A stretch of 63,839 nucleotides of DNA, filler included, from an uncultured Clostridia bacterium (GCA_964482715.1; 5 parts of 5 records of this genome joined end to end with filler, not necessarily neighbours in it), one strand, 5' to 3'. Counted from the whole stretch's first letter, positions 8,381 to 19,296 are shown. A program made the numbers and translations. The notes: generated by a model from the sequence alone, not told the origin.

Positions 8381-9508
8381 ATGAAAGTAAAGAAAACGGT
8401 TTTCTTAACGGTGATACCGGTAATCATTACAGTGGCGGCCGGAGTCGCCCTTATCTATAGATTTGTTTTATCTGCTGACAGGTCAGATGATTTGCCTTTA
8501 AATTCATCTGTGAGAACCATCATCGTGCAAAGAGGTGATGTTATTGAAACTATTTCTGCCACTGGATATATCGTAGCCCAGGCAGATCTTGATATAGAAG
8601 CTAAAAAAAGTGATGCGATAATTAAGGAACTTCTGGTGGAAGAAGGTGAACTTGTTAAAGAAGGACAGATTCTTGTTAAGCTGGAGGATGACGAGGAAAG
8701 ACTCTCTGTTCTTCGGGCAGAAAATGCTCTTGAAGATGCTCTTTTAGAACTTGAGTCTGCCCGGGTTGGTCATGCTTCGCTTCGAGAGATAAGGAGAAGG
8801 GAAAGAGAGGTTACAGAAAAAAAATTAGCCTTAGAACTTGCAAAAAAGAAACTTGAGGAGACGGTAATAAAGGCTCCTTTTTCGGGTATTGTCTCTGAGG
8901 TTTATGTGGAAAAGGGAGAAGTTATTGCAGGAGTTGGTGCCTCTTCTTCCAATAAGATACTGCGGCTAATTGACACAAGCAGGTTGTTTGCTGAAGTAAA
9001 TGTTGATGAAGTTGATATTTCCAGACTAAAATTGGGACAGCGTGCAAAGGTTAAAGTGGATGCCTATCCTGATGAGGTTTTCTCTGGGAAGGTCATCTCC
9101 ATAGCAAGAGAAGCTACAATAAGTCAAGGTCTTGTCGTGGTTAAGGTAAAAATTCAGCTTGATGAGGCAGATCCAAGGCTAAAACCAGGATTTACTGCAA
9201 CTGTTGATATCATTGTGGCGGAGGCTAAAAACGCTCTCGTTTTACCGGTAGAGGAAGTAAAGGAAAGAGGAGGAAGATATTTTGTAACGGTGCTTCAGAA
9301 TGGGAAACCAACACCCCGAGAGATAGAAGTAGGAGTCTCTGATGGAACATATGTTGAAATAAAAAGAGGTCTAAAAGAGGGGGATGTTGTTATGGCAACG
9401 GGTCTTGAGTTCTTAATTGAGATGAGAAAAAGACAGATAGAAGCTGAAAGAGGACGATCATCAGAGCCAAGAGAGACGTTCAGACAGATGCGTAGAACAT
9501 TGCGTTGA
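8381..9508 (+). CDS. MacA/HlyD-type membrane fusion (periplasmic adaptor) protein
   Basis: N-terminal anchor, LLVEEGELVKEGQILVKL, IKAPFSGIV, VDEVDI..LKLGQ, LKPGFTA. Confidence 0.92.
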   Translation: MKVKKTVFLTVIPVIITVAAGVALIYRFVLSADRSDDLPLNSSVRTIIVQRGDVIETISATGYIVAQADLDIEAKKSDAIIKELLVEEGELVKEGQILVKLEDDEERLSVLRAENALEDALLELESARVGHASLREIRRREREVTEKKLALELAKKKLEETVIKAPFSGIVSEVYVEKGEVIAGVGASSSNKILRLIDTSRLFAEVNVDEVDISRLKLGQRAKVKVDAYPDEVFSGKVISIAREATISQGLVVVKVKIQLDEADPRLKPGFTATVDIIVAEAKNALVLPVEEVKERGGRYFVTVLQNGKPTPREIEVGVSDGTYVEIKRGLKEGDVVMATGLEFLIEMRKRQIEAERGRSSEPRETFRQMRRTLR

Positions 9509-9537
9509 TTTGAGCGGAAAAAAAATGGTGAAAAAAT

Positions 9538-10206
9538 ATGATTGAGGCTGTAGACATCAAAAAAAACTATCGGATAGGAAAGGTAATTGTAGAAGCGCTT
9601 AGAGGAGTCAGTTTGAGGATAGAAGATGGGGAAGGTGTTGCAATAATGGGACCCTCTGGATCTGGTAAGTCAACTCTCATGCATATTCTTGGATGCTTAG
9701 ACAGGCCAACTTCTGGTAGACTTTTCCTGGATGGCCAGGAGGTAGGAAAATTAAAAGGGGACGAGCTTGCCAGAATAAGAAATAAAAAGATAGGTTTTAT
9801 CTTTCAGCGGTTTAATCTTCTCCCCCGGGCAACTGCTCTCCGGAATGTTGAGCTCCCCCTAATCTATGCTGGAATAAAACCAAAAGAAAGAACAGAAAAG
9901 GCACGGCAGGCCCTGGAAAAGGTGGGGCTTGGTGACAGACTCAATCATAGACCAAATGAACTATCAGGTGGTCAGGTGCAAAGAATTGCTATAGCTCGAG
10001 CTCTGGTGACAGGCCCCTCGCTCATTCTTGCCGATGAGCCTACAGGGAATCTTGATAGTAAAACTGGAGAGGAAATTTTAGAGCTTTTCCAGAATTTAAA
10101 TGAAGAGGGACACACCGTGGTGGTGGTAACTCATGAAAGATATGTGGCAGAACATTTTAAGAGAATAATTCATATTAAAGATGGGCTGATTGAAAAATGG
10201 ATATAA
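9538..10206 (+). CDS. MacB/LolD-type ABC ATP-binding protein
   Basis: Walker [15 protein letters not shown] signature, [11 protein letters not shown]. Confidence 0.95.
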   Translation: MIEAVDIKKNYRIGKVIVEALRGVSLRIEDGEGVAIMGPSGSGKSTLMHILGCLDRPTSGRLFLDGQEVGKLKGDELARIRNKKIGFIFQRFNLLPRATALRNVELPLIYAGIKPKERTEKARQALEKVGLGDRLNHRPNELSGGQVQRIAIARALVTGPSLILADEPTGNLDSKTGEEILELFQNLNEEGHTVVVVTHERYVAEHFKRIIHIKDGLIEKWI

Positions 10207-11453
10207 GAGAGACTTTCAGAAGCGCCTTAGATGGCTTAGGTGCCAACAAAATGAGGTCACTTTTATCCATACTGGGTATTGTCATAGGAATTGCAGCAGT
10301 AGTTACCATTGTCGCCATAACGCAAGGGTCTCAAAAGAGAGTTCTTGAAAATATAAGATCCCTTGGGACAAACCTCATTACTGTAGCTCCGGGAACTATA
10401 AGAGGTGGTGCTGGAAGAATGGCTCAGGAGAGGATCGATGTTTTTACCGAAGAGGATGGACGGTTTATTCTTAAAAAAGCCCCAGCAGTAGCACAGGTCG
10501 TTCCAGTTGTGAGAAGAAACCTCTTGCTAAAGTACAAGGATAAAAACACTCAAATTACTGTATATGGTGTTACCCCTCCCTATGAGGATGTTCTTAACTT
10601 CCATGTGCAGGTTGGACGTTTCCTCACAGAAAAGGACCTTAAAACTTTCAATACAGTAATTGTAATTGGTCAGCAGATAGCTCAGGATTTATTTGGAAAT
10701 GAAAATCCGGTAGGAAAAGAAATTATAGTAAATCCTCCTGGAAAACCCCTGCAAAAGCATAAATTTAAGGTTGTGGGAATTATGCAGCCTAAGGGGCAGG
10801 TGATGTTTCTTAATTTTGATAATCAGGCCTTTATTCCTCTCACAACTGCTCAAAAGAGAATCCTTAACACAAATTATGTAAATAGTTTCTACATCCAGGC
10901 AAAAGATGAAAAGAGCATGGATGAGGCACTTGCTCAGATAGACGCCATTTTATACTTAAAGTTTCAAGACGACTCAAAATACACAGTCCTCTCTCAGGAG
11001 GAAATTCTCTCCACCATGCAAAATATTACAGGAACTTTCACCATTATGCTGGCAGGAATTGCCGCAGTATCCCTTCTTGTGGGAGGGATTGGAATTATGA
11101 ATATTATGCTTGTATCTGTAACTGAAAGAACAAGAGAGATTGGTATTCGAATGGCAGTTGGTGCCAGAAGAGTTGATATTCTTCTTCAATTTCTCTGGGA
11201 GTCAGTGCTGCTTTGTCTGATAGGAGGGATAATTGGAGTAGCAGCTGGGGTTTTTGGGTCAAAACTCATAACTTCTATTGGATTAAGAATAATACCTATG
11301 GGACCAGCTTCTGCTTCACCAACAGCGGTCATATCTCCAGCAACTATTCTTCTTGCCTTTGGCTTTGCCAGTGCAGTGGGTCTTTTCTTTGGAATTTATC
11401 CTGCCAGTAAAGCCTCCAAGCTCGATCCTGTTCAGGCGCTCATGTACGAGTGA
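10197..11453 (+). CDS. MacB/FtsX-type ABC permease
   Basis: [61 protein letters not shown]. Confidence 0.95.
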   Translation: MDIRETFRSALDGLGANKMRSLLSILGIVIGIAAVVTIVAITQGSQKRVLENIRSLGTNLITVAPGTIRGGAGRMAQERIDVFTEEDGRFILKKAPAVAQVVPVVRRNLLLKYKDKNTQITVYGVTPPYEDVLNFHVQVGRFLTEKDLKTFNTVIVIGQQIAQDLFGNENPVGKEIIVNPPGKPLQKHKFKVVGIMQPKGQVMFLNFDNQAFIPLTTAQKRILNTNYVNSFYIQAKDEKSMDEALAQIDAILYLKFQDDSKYTVLSQEEILSTMQNITGTFTIMLAGIAAVSLLVGGIGIMNIMLVSVTERTREIGIRMAVGARRVDILLQFLWESVLLCLIGGIIGVAAGVFGSKLITSIGLRIIPMGPASASPTAVISPATILLAFGFASAVGLFFGIYPASKASKLDPVQALMYE

Positions 11454-11520
11454 GCAAACCTGTAAAAGATAGAGATTGTAGAGGTTCCCATCACAGATTT
11501 TTACATACACTTTTTATAAC

Positions 11521-11572
11521 TTGACTTTTTAATTTTTTACTATAGAATTGACCAAAAGACTGAATTGGTCAA
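11521..11572 (+). promoter_or_regulatory. promoter plus inverted-repeat operator (likely TetR autoregulation site)
   Basis: TTGACT 11521-11526, TAGAAT 11543-11548, TTGACCAA-N9-TTGGTCAA at 11548-11572. Confidence 0.7.
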
Positions 11573-11596
11573 AAAATCTATAAATAAAGAGCATAT

Positions 11597-12172
11597 ATGA
11601 AGGATTCTAAGTTGGAGCTTATCGTTGATGTTGCCCAGAGGCTTTTTGCTAAATATGGATTTAAGAAAACCACCATTGATGATATTGCCCGTTCAGCTCA
11701 CATCGCCAAAGGTGGCATTTATTATTATTTTAACAGTAAGGAAGATATCTTTCGTGCTGTACTGGAAAAGGAAAGCAGGCTATGGAACAAAAAAGTAAAA
11801 GAGCTAATCAGCAGGACAAATACTCCTCAGGAAAAATTGCGTGCCTACTTTGTAGCAAGAATAAACTATTTGAGCCAGCTTTCTAACTTTTACAGTGCAC
11901 TCAGAGAAGAATATTTGGAACACTATTCCTTTGTTGAAAATATAAGAAAAAAGTATTTTCGTGAGGAGATAGAAATAGTAAAGGCGATTTTGAAAGAAGG
12001 GACAGAAAAGAGGGTTTTTCAAATAGAAGACCTGGAATTGATGGCATTTGTTATCGTTGCGACCTTAAAAGGACTGGAGTATTCCTGGACAATGAAAATA
12101 CCCATACCTGACATTGAAAAGCATGTTGATCTTCTGGTTAAAGTATTATTCAATGGATTGTTGAAGAGGTAG
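11597..12172 (+). CDS. TetR/AcrR-family transcriptional regulator
   Basis: AQRLFAKYGFKKTTIDDIA...IAKGGIYYYFNSKEDIF HTH. Confidence 0.93.
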   Translation: MKDSKLELIVDVAQRLFAKYGFKKTTIDDIARSAHIAKGGIYYYFNSKEDIFRAVLEKESRLWNKKVKELISRTNTPQEKLRAYFVARINYLSQLSNFYSALREEYLEHYSFVENIRKKYFREEIEIVKAILKEGTEKRVFQIEDLELMAFVIVATLKGLEYSWTMKIPIPDIEKHVDLLVKVLFNGLLKR

Positions 12173-12270
12173 TTTGGTGGGTTAACCAGCTTTTTTATCT
12201 TCAATAATTTTACAAGATATTCCTATTTCTGGAGCATGCTGCTGAGACTATTGACAAGATGGAGAAAGAT

Positions 12271-12504
12271 ATGCGGGAACTTGTAGAATATATAATTAAG
12301 AAAATTGCAAATAACCCTGATAAGGTTAAAGTCCAAGAAAAAAAAGAAGAGAAAGCTATTATTCTGGAAGTCTTCTTAGCTGAAGATGATAGAAATAAAA
12401 TCATAGGGAAAGGGGCAAGTATAGCTAACGCTCTGAGGGTTATTGTAGAAGAGATGGCTCGTAAAGTTGGGAAGCTGGTTGTAGTGAGAATTTCAGATAA
12501 ATAA
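12271..12504 (+). CDS. khpA: KH-domain RNA-binding protein, KhpA-like (variant GxxG loop)
   Basis: MRELVEYIIKKIANNPDKV.V...LEV..AEDDRNKIIGKGA...ALR; alternative start at 12259. Confidence 0.8.
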   Translation: MRELVEYIIKKIANNPDKVKVQEKKEEKAIILEVFLAEDDRNKIIGKGASIANALRVIVEEMARKVGKLVVVRISDK

Positions 12505-12535
12505 AAGAAAAAATAAAAGAGCAAGAGATAGAAAG

Positions 12536-13930
12536 ATGAAGATAATGCTTATTCTTCCCCCATCTAAGTTTGTTTTAAAGGATAAATTAGGCATTACCAG
12601 CATTCCTCTTGGTCTTGCTTATCTTGCTTCCTTCATTGAAAGAGATAATCACAAGGTAAGGATTATTGATTCTCCTACCCTGAGGTATAAAATTCAAGAT
12701 GTTAAAGCGGAAATTAAAAAATTCAGTCCCCATCTTGTAGGTATAACTGCCACAACATCCGGTATTTACGATGCCTATGAGGTAGCAAAGATTACAAAGG
12801 AGGTTAATCCCGGAATAAAGGTTGTTATAGGCGGTCCTCATGTAACTTTTACCGCAAAAGAGACGCTTACAGAATGCCCTTTTATAGATGTAGTCGTAAG
12901 AGGAGAGGGAGAGGAAACTTTTAGAGAACTTGTTAACTTTTTTGAATCTTCGTCTGAGGGTCCTCTGTCTCTTGAAGGAATTAAAGGAATAACCTTCAGG
13001 AGGGATAATAAAATAATACAGACAGATACTCATCCCCTCATAAAAGATCTGGATAACATTCCTTTTCCTGCTTATCACCTTTTACCCATGGATAAATACA
13101 CTCTCGAGGGTAAAAAATTTGCCACCATAATGACCTCAAGAGGTTGCCCCTTCTCCTGTATTTTTTGTTCCTCCTCACAGCTTTTTGGTAAAACCTGGAG
13201 AGCAAGGTCTCCTGAAAATGTTATAGAGGAGATAAAACTGTTAAAAAATAAGTATGGGGTAAAAGAAATAGAATTCCTGGATGACACTTTCACCCTGAAT
13301 AAGAAAAGAGCGGAAAAAATATGTGAACTTTTAATTAAAGAAAAACTTAATATTTCCTGGTCCTGCTCGTCAAGAGTGGATACCATAGATGAATCTTTAA
13401 TAGAAAAATTAAAAGGAGCAGGTTGCCATACAATTTATGTTGGCGTTGAATCAGGCTCTCAAAAAATACTGAACATAATTGGCAAAGGTATTACTCTGTC
13501 TCAGATAGAAAAGACTATTAACCTTATAAAGAAGGTTAATCTTAACACTATTGGTTCTTTTATAATTGGAATCCCGGGAGAAACAGTAAAAACAATTAAA
13601 AAAACCATTGATTTTGCTAAGAAACTAAACCCCTCCTTTGTTCAATTCAGTATATGTACTCCCTATCCCGGGACAAAGTTATTTGAAATAGCCAAAGAAA
13701 AAGGTTGGCTTTTAACAAAAGACTGGTCAAAATATACCATTCTTGACCAGGTCATGAAGATCCCGGGGATGGTTACCACCAACCTTAACAGATGGCTTTT
13801 AAGGGCATATCTTAGTTTTTATTTAAGACCGAAGTTTATACTTGAACAGTTAAAGAGAAAAGATTTCTTTTTCTTTATCACCAGAAAGGTTTTTGTAACA
13901 GCTCTTGAATATGTGGGGGTAAAAAAGTGA
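12536..13930 (+). CDS. cobalamin-binding radical SAM protein (class B methyltransferase-like)
   Basis: PLGLAYLA and GGPHVT B12-binding domain; SRGCPFSCIFC; GVESGSQ; TPYPGT. Confidence 0.92.
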   Translation: MKIMLILPPSKFVLKDKLGITSIPLGLAYLASFIERDNHKVRIIDSPTLRYKIQDVKAEIKKFSPHLVGITATTSGIYDAYEVAKITKEVNPGIKVVIGGPHVTFTAKETLTECPFIDVVVRGEGEETFRELVNFFESSSEGPLSLEGIKGITFRRDNKIIQTDTHPLIKDLDNIPFPAYHLLPMDKYTLEGKKFATIMTSRGCPFSCIFCSSSQLFGKTWRARSPENVIEEIKLLKNKYGVKEIEFLDDTFTLNKKRAEKICELLIKEKLNISWSCSSRVDTIDESLIEKLKGAGCHTIYVGVESGSQKILNIIGKGITLSQIEKTINLIKKVNLNTIGSFIIGIPGETVKTIKKTIDFAKKLNPSFVQFSICTPYPGTKLFEIAKEKGWLLTKDWSKYTILDQVMKIPGMVTTNLNRWLLRAYLSFYLRPKFILEQLKRKDFFFFITRKVFVTALEYVGVKK

Positions 13931-14046
13931 ATTATGTGATTTTTTTGCAGAATACAGTTTCTGGAGAAGGAGATTTGCCTTCTTATTAGATGAGAAATCT
14001 CTTTCCCTTAATAAAGTAGTATTTTTAAAGTTCCCTGAGGGGAAAA

Positions 14047-14731
14047 ATGAAGGTAGAGCTTATATGTCCTACCTGGAGTAAAAAGACGGAGGAGCAAAGA
14101 GCAAAAAGGGCAAAGGTTTTTAAAATACCACCTCTTGGACTTTTAAATGTTGCTGCCACAACACCTGAAGATGTAAAGATAACCTTAACAGATGAAAATG
14201 TTGAACCAATAAATTTTGAAAGAAAAAGGGATCTTGCAGGTATTACCGTTATGAGCTCTGCTGCTCCAAGAGCCTATGAAATTGCTGATACTCTGAGAAA
14301 AAAAGGGGTGCCAGTTGTATTGGGTGGTCCACATGCATCAGCCCTGCCAGATGAGGCAATCCAGCATGCTGATTCTGTTGTAATTGGAGAAGCAGAAGGT
14401 GTGTGGGAAAGGTTAATTGATGATTTTAAAAAATACGGCAAAAAGGGCTTAAAAAAATTTTACAAAAATGAGGAAAAACCGGATCTTTCTGAGGTTCCCT
14501 TTCCAAGGTGGGACCTTTTAAAAAAAGAAAAATACATCGTTACAAAAGTCCTGCATGCAACAAGAGGCTGCCCCTATAACTGCTCTTTTTGCTCTGTAAC
14601 AAAGCTTTTTGGAAGGAAAATAAGGAAAAGGCCTGTTGAAAAAATTGTAGAGTGTATTGAGAAAAATTCAGGCAAGAGTTTAAAAGATCGTTTTTTTGTC
14701 TTTTTAGATGATAACATTATGGGTGACAGGG
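14047..14731 (+). CDS. second cobalamin-binding radical SAM protein, truncated by contig end
   Basis: PPLGLL, GGPHAS..PDEA, TRGCPYNCSFC, FLDDNI; runs into the N linker. Confidence 0.9.
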
Positions 14732-14831
14732 NNNNNNNNNNNNNNNNNNNNNNNNNNNNNNNNNNNNNNNNNNNNTTAATTAATTAANNNNNNNNNNNNN
14801 NNNNNNNNNNNNNNNNNNNNNNNNNNNNNNN
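14732..14831. other. artificial contig linker
   Basis: 44 N + TTAATTAATTAA (stops in all six frames) + 44 N. Confidence 0.98.
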
Positions 14832-15132
14832 CTATTTTCTCCCCGAGTGTTTTGGCCTTGATACAGTCGGGAACATAACCGAGGAATTCGATAATTTTAG
14901 GAATATAGTAAAGAGAAGGAGATGACCGGTTATTTTCCCAGTTCCAGATAGTAGCTTCTTCAACACCGATTCTTTGGGCAACTTCTTTCTGAAAGAGCTT
15001 CAGGTCAAGCCGTCTTTTTCTTAAGTGATCACCTAAGGTTTTTAATTTTTTGGGATAAGGGGATGGAAGTGGTTTTTGAGCTTTCAGAGTCACTTTGCAA
15101 AAAGGCAACGCAGGGATGGGGATACATATCAT
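14832..15132 (-). CDS. XRE/Cro-CI HTH protein fragment, 3' end lost at contig end; 5' end abuts the IS91 remnant
   Basis: TLGDHLRKRRLDLKLFQKEVAQRIGVEEATIWNWENNRSSP HTH, followed by the start of a second repeat (KTLGEKI). Confidence 0.75.
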
Positions 15133-15800
15133 ACATCTTGTGAAGTAAGACTTTGCTTTTCTCGCTGGGAGTAAGTTTTTCTCTTAACATCTTTATAACA
15201 TGGTACTGCCACTTTTTACTTATAGCCTTGTAGGAGAAAAATTTCATATCCACCCGTTTTCCGAATCTACTCATACCACCTTCGGTAACTAAAAAATGTA
15301 GGTGAGGATGGAAACCTCCATCGCAACTAAAAGTCTGAAGAGTCTCAACTATTCCTGGAGTAAGCTTTTTCTTCTTTTGCCATTCCTCAACCAGTTGTAT
15401 TCCACACTTCATAAGATCATCCAGAAGTTCTCTTCTTTCATAAAATAAAGACCAAAGGGCACTGGGTATGGTAAGGACTATATGGCGATGGGGAACATCC
15501 AGCACAATATCAGCCATTTTATTGATCCATCTATCTACGTAGACCTTACCACAGGAGGGACAGAAGCGACTTTTGCAAGAGAAAGGAACTTTCTTTATAC
15601 AAAGACACTCTTCACACATATACTCTGCATATCCGGCCCATTCTTCTCCGAAAGGATTAGCATCTTCTCCACAACTTCTTTTTCTACTTTTCTTGCTCTA
15701 TCAGGGAAGAGGTCGCAGTACTGTGTCCAATGATCACGAAATATCTGTTTGAACTCCTTCCTGGCAAGACTACATATCTTCTTAATTTTGTCTATCCCCC
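15120..15800 (-). pseudogene. IS91-family (rolling-circle HUH) transposase, frameshifted and 3'-truncated
   Basis: FKQIFRDHW N-terminus in one frame, then CEEC...FSCKSRFCPSCG zinc domain, HRHIVLTIP and HPHLH in another; sequence breaks after MYDMYP, before the catalytic tyrosine region. Confidence 0.85.
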
Positions 15801-15869
15801 TAAGAGTGAATTTTTCTATTATAGCATAGATATATAATAAGTTAAAATTTCCTAAGGGGTCAAGGAAAA

Positions 15870-16689
15870 CAGGAGAGTATTTTGAAAAACTCACCGGGAG
15901 CTGGCAGAGGATAGATGATAATACCAGATTTCAGGAAACTTTAACCGATGGAGGAAAAAGAGTTTTTGTGGTGGAATCCAAAGAAAGGAAAGAATACGAG
16001 GAAGCGATGCGAAAAAAGTACATGCAAAGAGGCTCTTGAGAGAATAAAATTACAAGTTGCCTCTGGCAGGCTAAAAAAAGCATCCAAGATAGCTGCCAAG
16101 GTAGAGAGGATGATGCAAAAAACTAAAGGCTACCGGTACTTTAGCTATCACATTCCTCAAGATGGAAAATTTGAGTTTTTTATAGATGAGAAAAAGCTTT
16201 TAAAAGAAAAACAAATTGAAGGAACCTACATTCTCCTCACCAATGATCCAAAAATTCCAGCCTACGATGCAATATCGGCCTACAAGAACCTATCTGAGGT
16301 TGAGGATTTTTTCAGACAGCTTAAAGATAACCTCGGGATAAGGCCAAACTATCACAGAACTGATAGGAGAATAAAAGCTCATATATTCATCTTTTATCTT
16401 GCTCTTCTCCTTCTATGTATCTTAAAACGCACTTTAATATTAATCTTTCCCCTCAAGATGCCATTGAACTGGCAGAGACAATTGGTATAGTGCCTTAACA
16501 TTAAAGGAAAAACCCACAGGATTGTATCTCGAGAGGGAAGGGATACAAGAAGGGTTTTATCTCTCTTGAGATAAAGGATCTTAATCCCTGAAATAAAGAA
16601 CTGAAGAGGCTTTTGGCATTTTGTAGTGCCAAATAAAAAATTTTATCCTTTATTCATGCGGGTTGCCAAAATCAAGTGGCAAACAGTGC
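15870..16689 (+). mobile_element. IS1634-family remnant (transposase C-terminal half with frameshifts, plus probable right end)
   Basis: EGTYILLTND...AYKNLSEVEDFFRQLKDNLGIRPNYHRTDRRIKAHIFI; upstream part in another frame (RVFVVESKERKEYE); GTAGTGCCAAA...AAGTGGCAAACAGTG terminal-like sequence. Confidence 0.85.
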
Positions 16690-16887
16690 CGAGGATCTCA
16701 AAAGCGGGGGAATAACTCAATTTATTCCAAATTCGATCGAGCTGGCTTGAAAAATAGTGAAGTTGCTTTATACTGAAAAATAGTTTAAATCAAAAATAAA
16801 GCTGGCTTGCAGCTGACGACAAAAAATACGACTACATGCTTAAAAACCCCTACAGTAAAGACAATAATAAAAAAAGAAGATGCAAAA

Positions 16888-17385
16888 ATGTTGGTTCCAA
16901 CCTTAATAATGGGAGTGCTTGCTATTATTTTAATTTTCATCGGATACTTAAAAGGAGAGGGAGAACACATCAGGGGTATTGGAATAAGTTTGGACATGTT
17001 AATTCAAATTCTTCCACTTTTGATCTTTGCATTTATCGTAGCTGGAATGATTTAGACTCTTGTTCCTCGTGAACTTCTGTCAAAACTGCTCGGTGTCAAG
17101 TCAGGTTTTCGAGGTATAATTATTGGCGCTGTAATTGGTGGCCTGGCTCCTGGTGGTCCCTATGTTAGCTTATCTATTGTTGCGGCACTTCTGTGAGCTG
17201 GTGCCAGTGTAGGAACAGTGATCGCCTTTTTGACAGCATGGTCTTTGTGGGCGGTTGCCAGATTACCTATGGAAGTTAGCATAGTTGGGTGGAAGTTTAC
17301 ACTCATTCGCGTTGCCAGCACGTTTTTCTTTTCACCGGTTGCAGGATGGATAGCCCAAATGGTGTTTAGTGGATATACTCATTAA
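16888..17385 (+). pseudogene. DUF318/ArsP-like permease subunit with two in-frame stops
   Basis: Single continuous frame MLVPTLIMG...AGMI*TLVP...GGLAPGGPYVSL...LL*AGASVG...AFLTAWSLW...RLPMEV; TAG at 17053-17055 and TGA at 17194-17196. Confidence 0.8.
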
Positions 17386-17424
17386 AAAATCATTAATATT
17401 GCTAAAAGACAGGGAGGAATAACA

Positions 17425-18237
17425 ATGACAGTGAAACAAAAAGGCCAAAAAAACGAAGTAAAAATAGACCTTACTGGAAAAATCGCCTTGATTACGGGAG
17501 CAGGTAGAGGTATAGGAAAAGCCATAGCTTTAAGATTTGCCCAAGCAGGGGCAAAAATTGCTCTTAATGATATAAACTTAGATAATTTGGAAAAAGCTAT
17601 GCAGGAGATCAAACAATTAGGTGGAGAAGGAATTTATATAAAGGCCGATGTAAGTAAGAGGCAAGAGGTTAAAAATATGGTGGACTACATAGAACGTGAA
17701 CTGGGTGTTGTAGATATTTTGGTAAACAATGCTGCCATAACCAAGATCGTTCCTTTTCTGGAGACAACCGAAGAACTCTGGAATAGAACCCTGGATATAA
17801 ATTTAAAAGGAGCGTTCCTCTGCGCAAAGGCGGTGATCCCAGGAATGATAAAGAAGAGAGGAGGTAAGATTATCAATATGAGCTCTCAATCCGGTCAAAG
17901 AGGAAGTCCCTGGCATATTGCTTATTCTGTATCTAAATTTGGAATCATCGGATTAACACAATGCCTGGCTGTGGAATTTGGCAGGTATAACATCAAGGTA
18001 AATGCTATCTGTCCGGGAGTGGTATGGACACCTGCCTGGGAAGAAACAGTCGAGGATTATGCCGAAAGATTGGGGGTCACCGTGGAAGAGGCTAAAAAAC
18101 ATCTTGTAAGCAAAATCCCACTTGGACGTCTGGGTAAAGTGGAAGATATTGCTGACGCAGCCCTTTTTCTTGCTTCCCCACTTTCTGATTACATTACCGG
18201 GCAGGCAATAAGTCTTAGTGGGGGTTCAGTTCTATAA
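17425..18237 (+). CDS. short-chain dehydrogenase/reductase (polyol or sugar-phosphate dehydrogenase-like)
   Basis: TGAGRGIG, VNNAA, YSVSK, VNAICPG; RBS AGGGAGG. Confidence 0.92.
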   Translation: MTVKQKGQKNEVKIDLTGKIALITGAGRGIGKAIALRFAQAGAKIALNDINLDNLEKAMQEIKQLGGEGIYIKADVSKRQEVKNMVDYIERELGVVDILVNNAAITKIVPFLETTEELWNRTLDINLKGAFLCAKAVIPGMIKKRGGKIINMSSQSGQRGSPWHIAYSVSKFGIIGLTQCLAVEFGRYNIKVNAICPGVVWTPAWEETVEDYAERLGVTVEEAKKHLVSKIPLGRLGKVEDIADAALFLASPLSDYITGQAISLSGGSVL

Positions 18238-18238
18238 C

Positions 18239-19087
18239 TTAATCTTCCTTCAAGATAAATCGCTGGATAAAATTTGCTACACCATTTTGATCGTTACTTT
18301 CAGTAATAAAGTCAGCTACTTTTTTTACTTCGGGAGAGGCATTGAAAACCGCCACTCCAATTCCTGACTTTTTCACAAGCTCAAGGTCGTTCTCATGATC
18401 GCCAAAAGCTACAACCTGGGTGAGATTTACCTTAATTTCCTTCAGAATCACCTTTAGGGCATTGAATTTGGAGGTACCCCTTTTTAAAAATTCAAGAAAA
18501 TGAGGAGTGGTCCGGATTATCTCTACTTGTCTGCAGAGCTCTTTGACTTCTTTTCGCACAATCTTCTCAAGTAAAGTTTCATCCCGATTAACAAAGGAAA
18601 GTATTTTTAAAGGATGTCGCCAATTCCAGCTCGTATAGTCCGGAATTGACAGTGGAGGATCCTCGCCTCCAGCCACAATTAAATCTAAATTAGTAGAAGA
18701 GACTTTTCTTTCCTTAAAGTAAATTCTTTCTGGTTCATAAATCACAAATTCTATGCCTTGTTTTTGGAGGATATCTATGATTTTTCTCATTGTAGCTGTA
18801 TCAAGTTGTGAGAGAACCGTGGTATGATTATTCAGTGGATCAACCAGAACTGCTCCGTTTGCCGCAATTTGCTTTAAGCAAAGAGAAAATTCTCTGCAGA
18901 GAGGATGAATTGTTTTAAATAGCTTACCGGTCGCAAAAATAAGGTCCCCACCTCGTGCAAGATATTCTTTTATTACCTTACGAGAAAATTCTGATAACTT
19001 CCCCTGAGAATTTAGTAAAGTTCCATCAACATCCGTTACCACAACCTTTATTCTGTCTGGATATAAATCTTTTTGGGTCAATTTCAC
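18239..19087 (-). CDS. Cof-type HAD-IIB hydrolase
   Basis: DVDGTLL, ATGK, TSKFNAL, FGDHENDLE. Confidence 0.92.
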   Translation of the reverse strand: MKLTQKDLYPDRIKVVVTDVDGTLLNSQGKLSEFSRKVIKEYLARGGDLIFATGKLFKTIHPLCREFSLCLKQIAANGAVLVDPLNNHTTVLSQLDTATMRKIIDILQKQGIEFVIYEPERIYFKERKVSSTNLDLIVAGGEDPPLSIPDYTSWNWRHPLKILSFVNRDETLLEKIVRKEVKELCRQVEIIRTTPHFLEFLKRGTSKFNALKVILKEIKVNLTQVVAFGDHENDLELVKKSGIGVAVFNASPEVKKVADFITESNDQNGVANFIQRFILKED

Positions 19088-19296
19088 TTAAAAAGTTCTC
19101 CAAGTTAAGAATTGAGTAAAAAGATGATAAATAGATTATGATAAATTTTTCTACAATTTTCAAGGGAAGCGATTTCCTGAAATTGATGTTATGAAATAAT
19201 CTAAAGTTGTACTTTTAAGTCAGATTAGAAATTTCATCTTTATGTGTTTAAGAGGGAGGGTTAAAAACTTTTTAGGATACTCGAGGAAAGTCCTAC

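Noticed and set aside
14732-14831. TTAATTAATTAA repeated four times within N runs (also 28423, 41075, 52928)
   Set aside because: Identical 44N-12-44N layout with stops in all frames: an assembly or concatenation linker, not a biological repeat
19283-19293. GAGGAAAGTCC, the RNase P RNA P4 5' motif
   Set aside because: Lies in a short TAGGA/TCCTA hairpin next to a terminator and a CDS, with no room for or sign of the rest of rnpB
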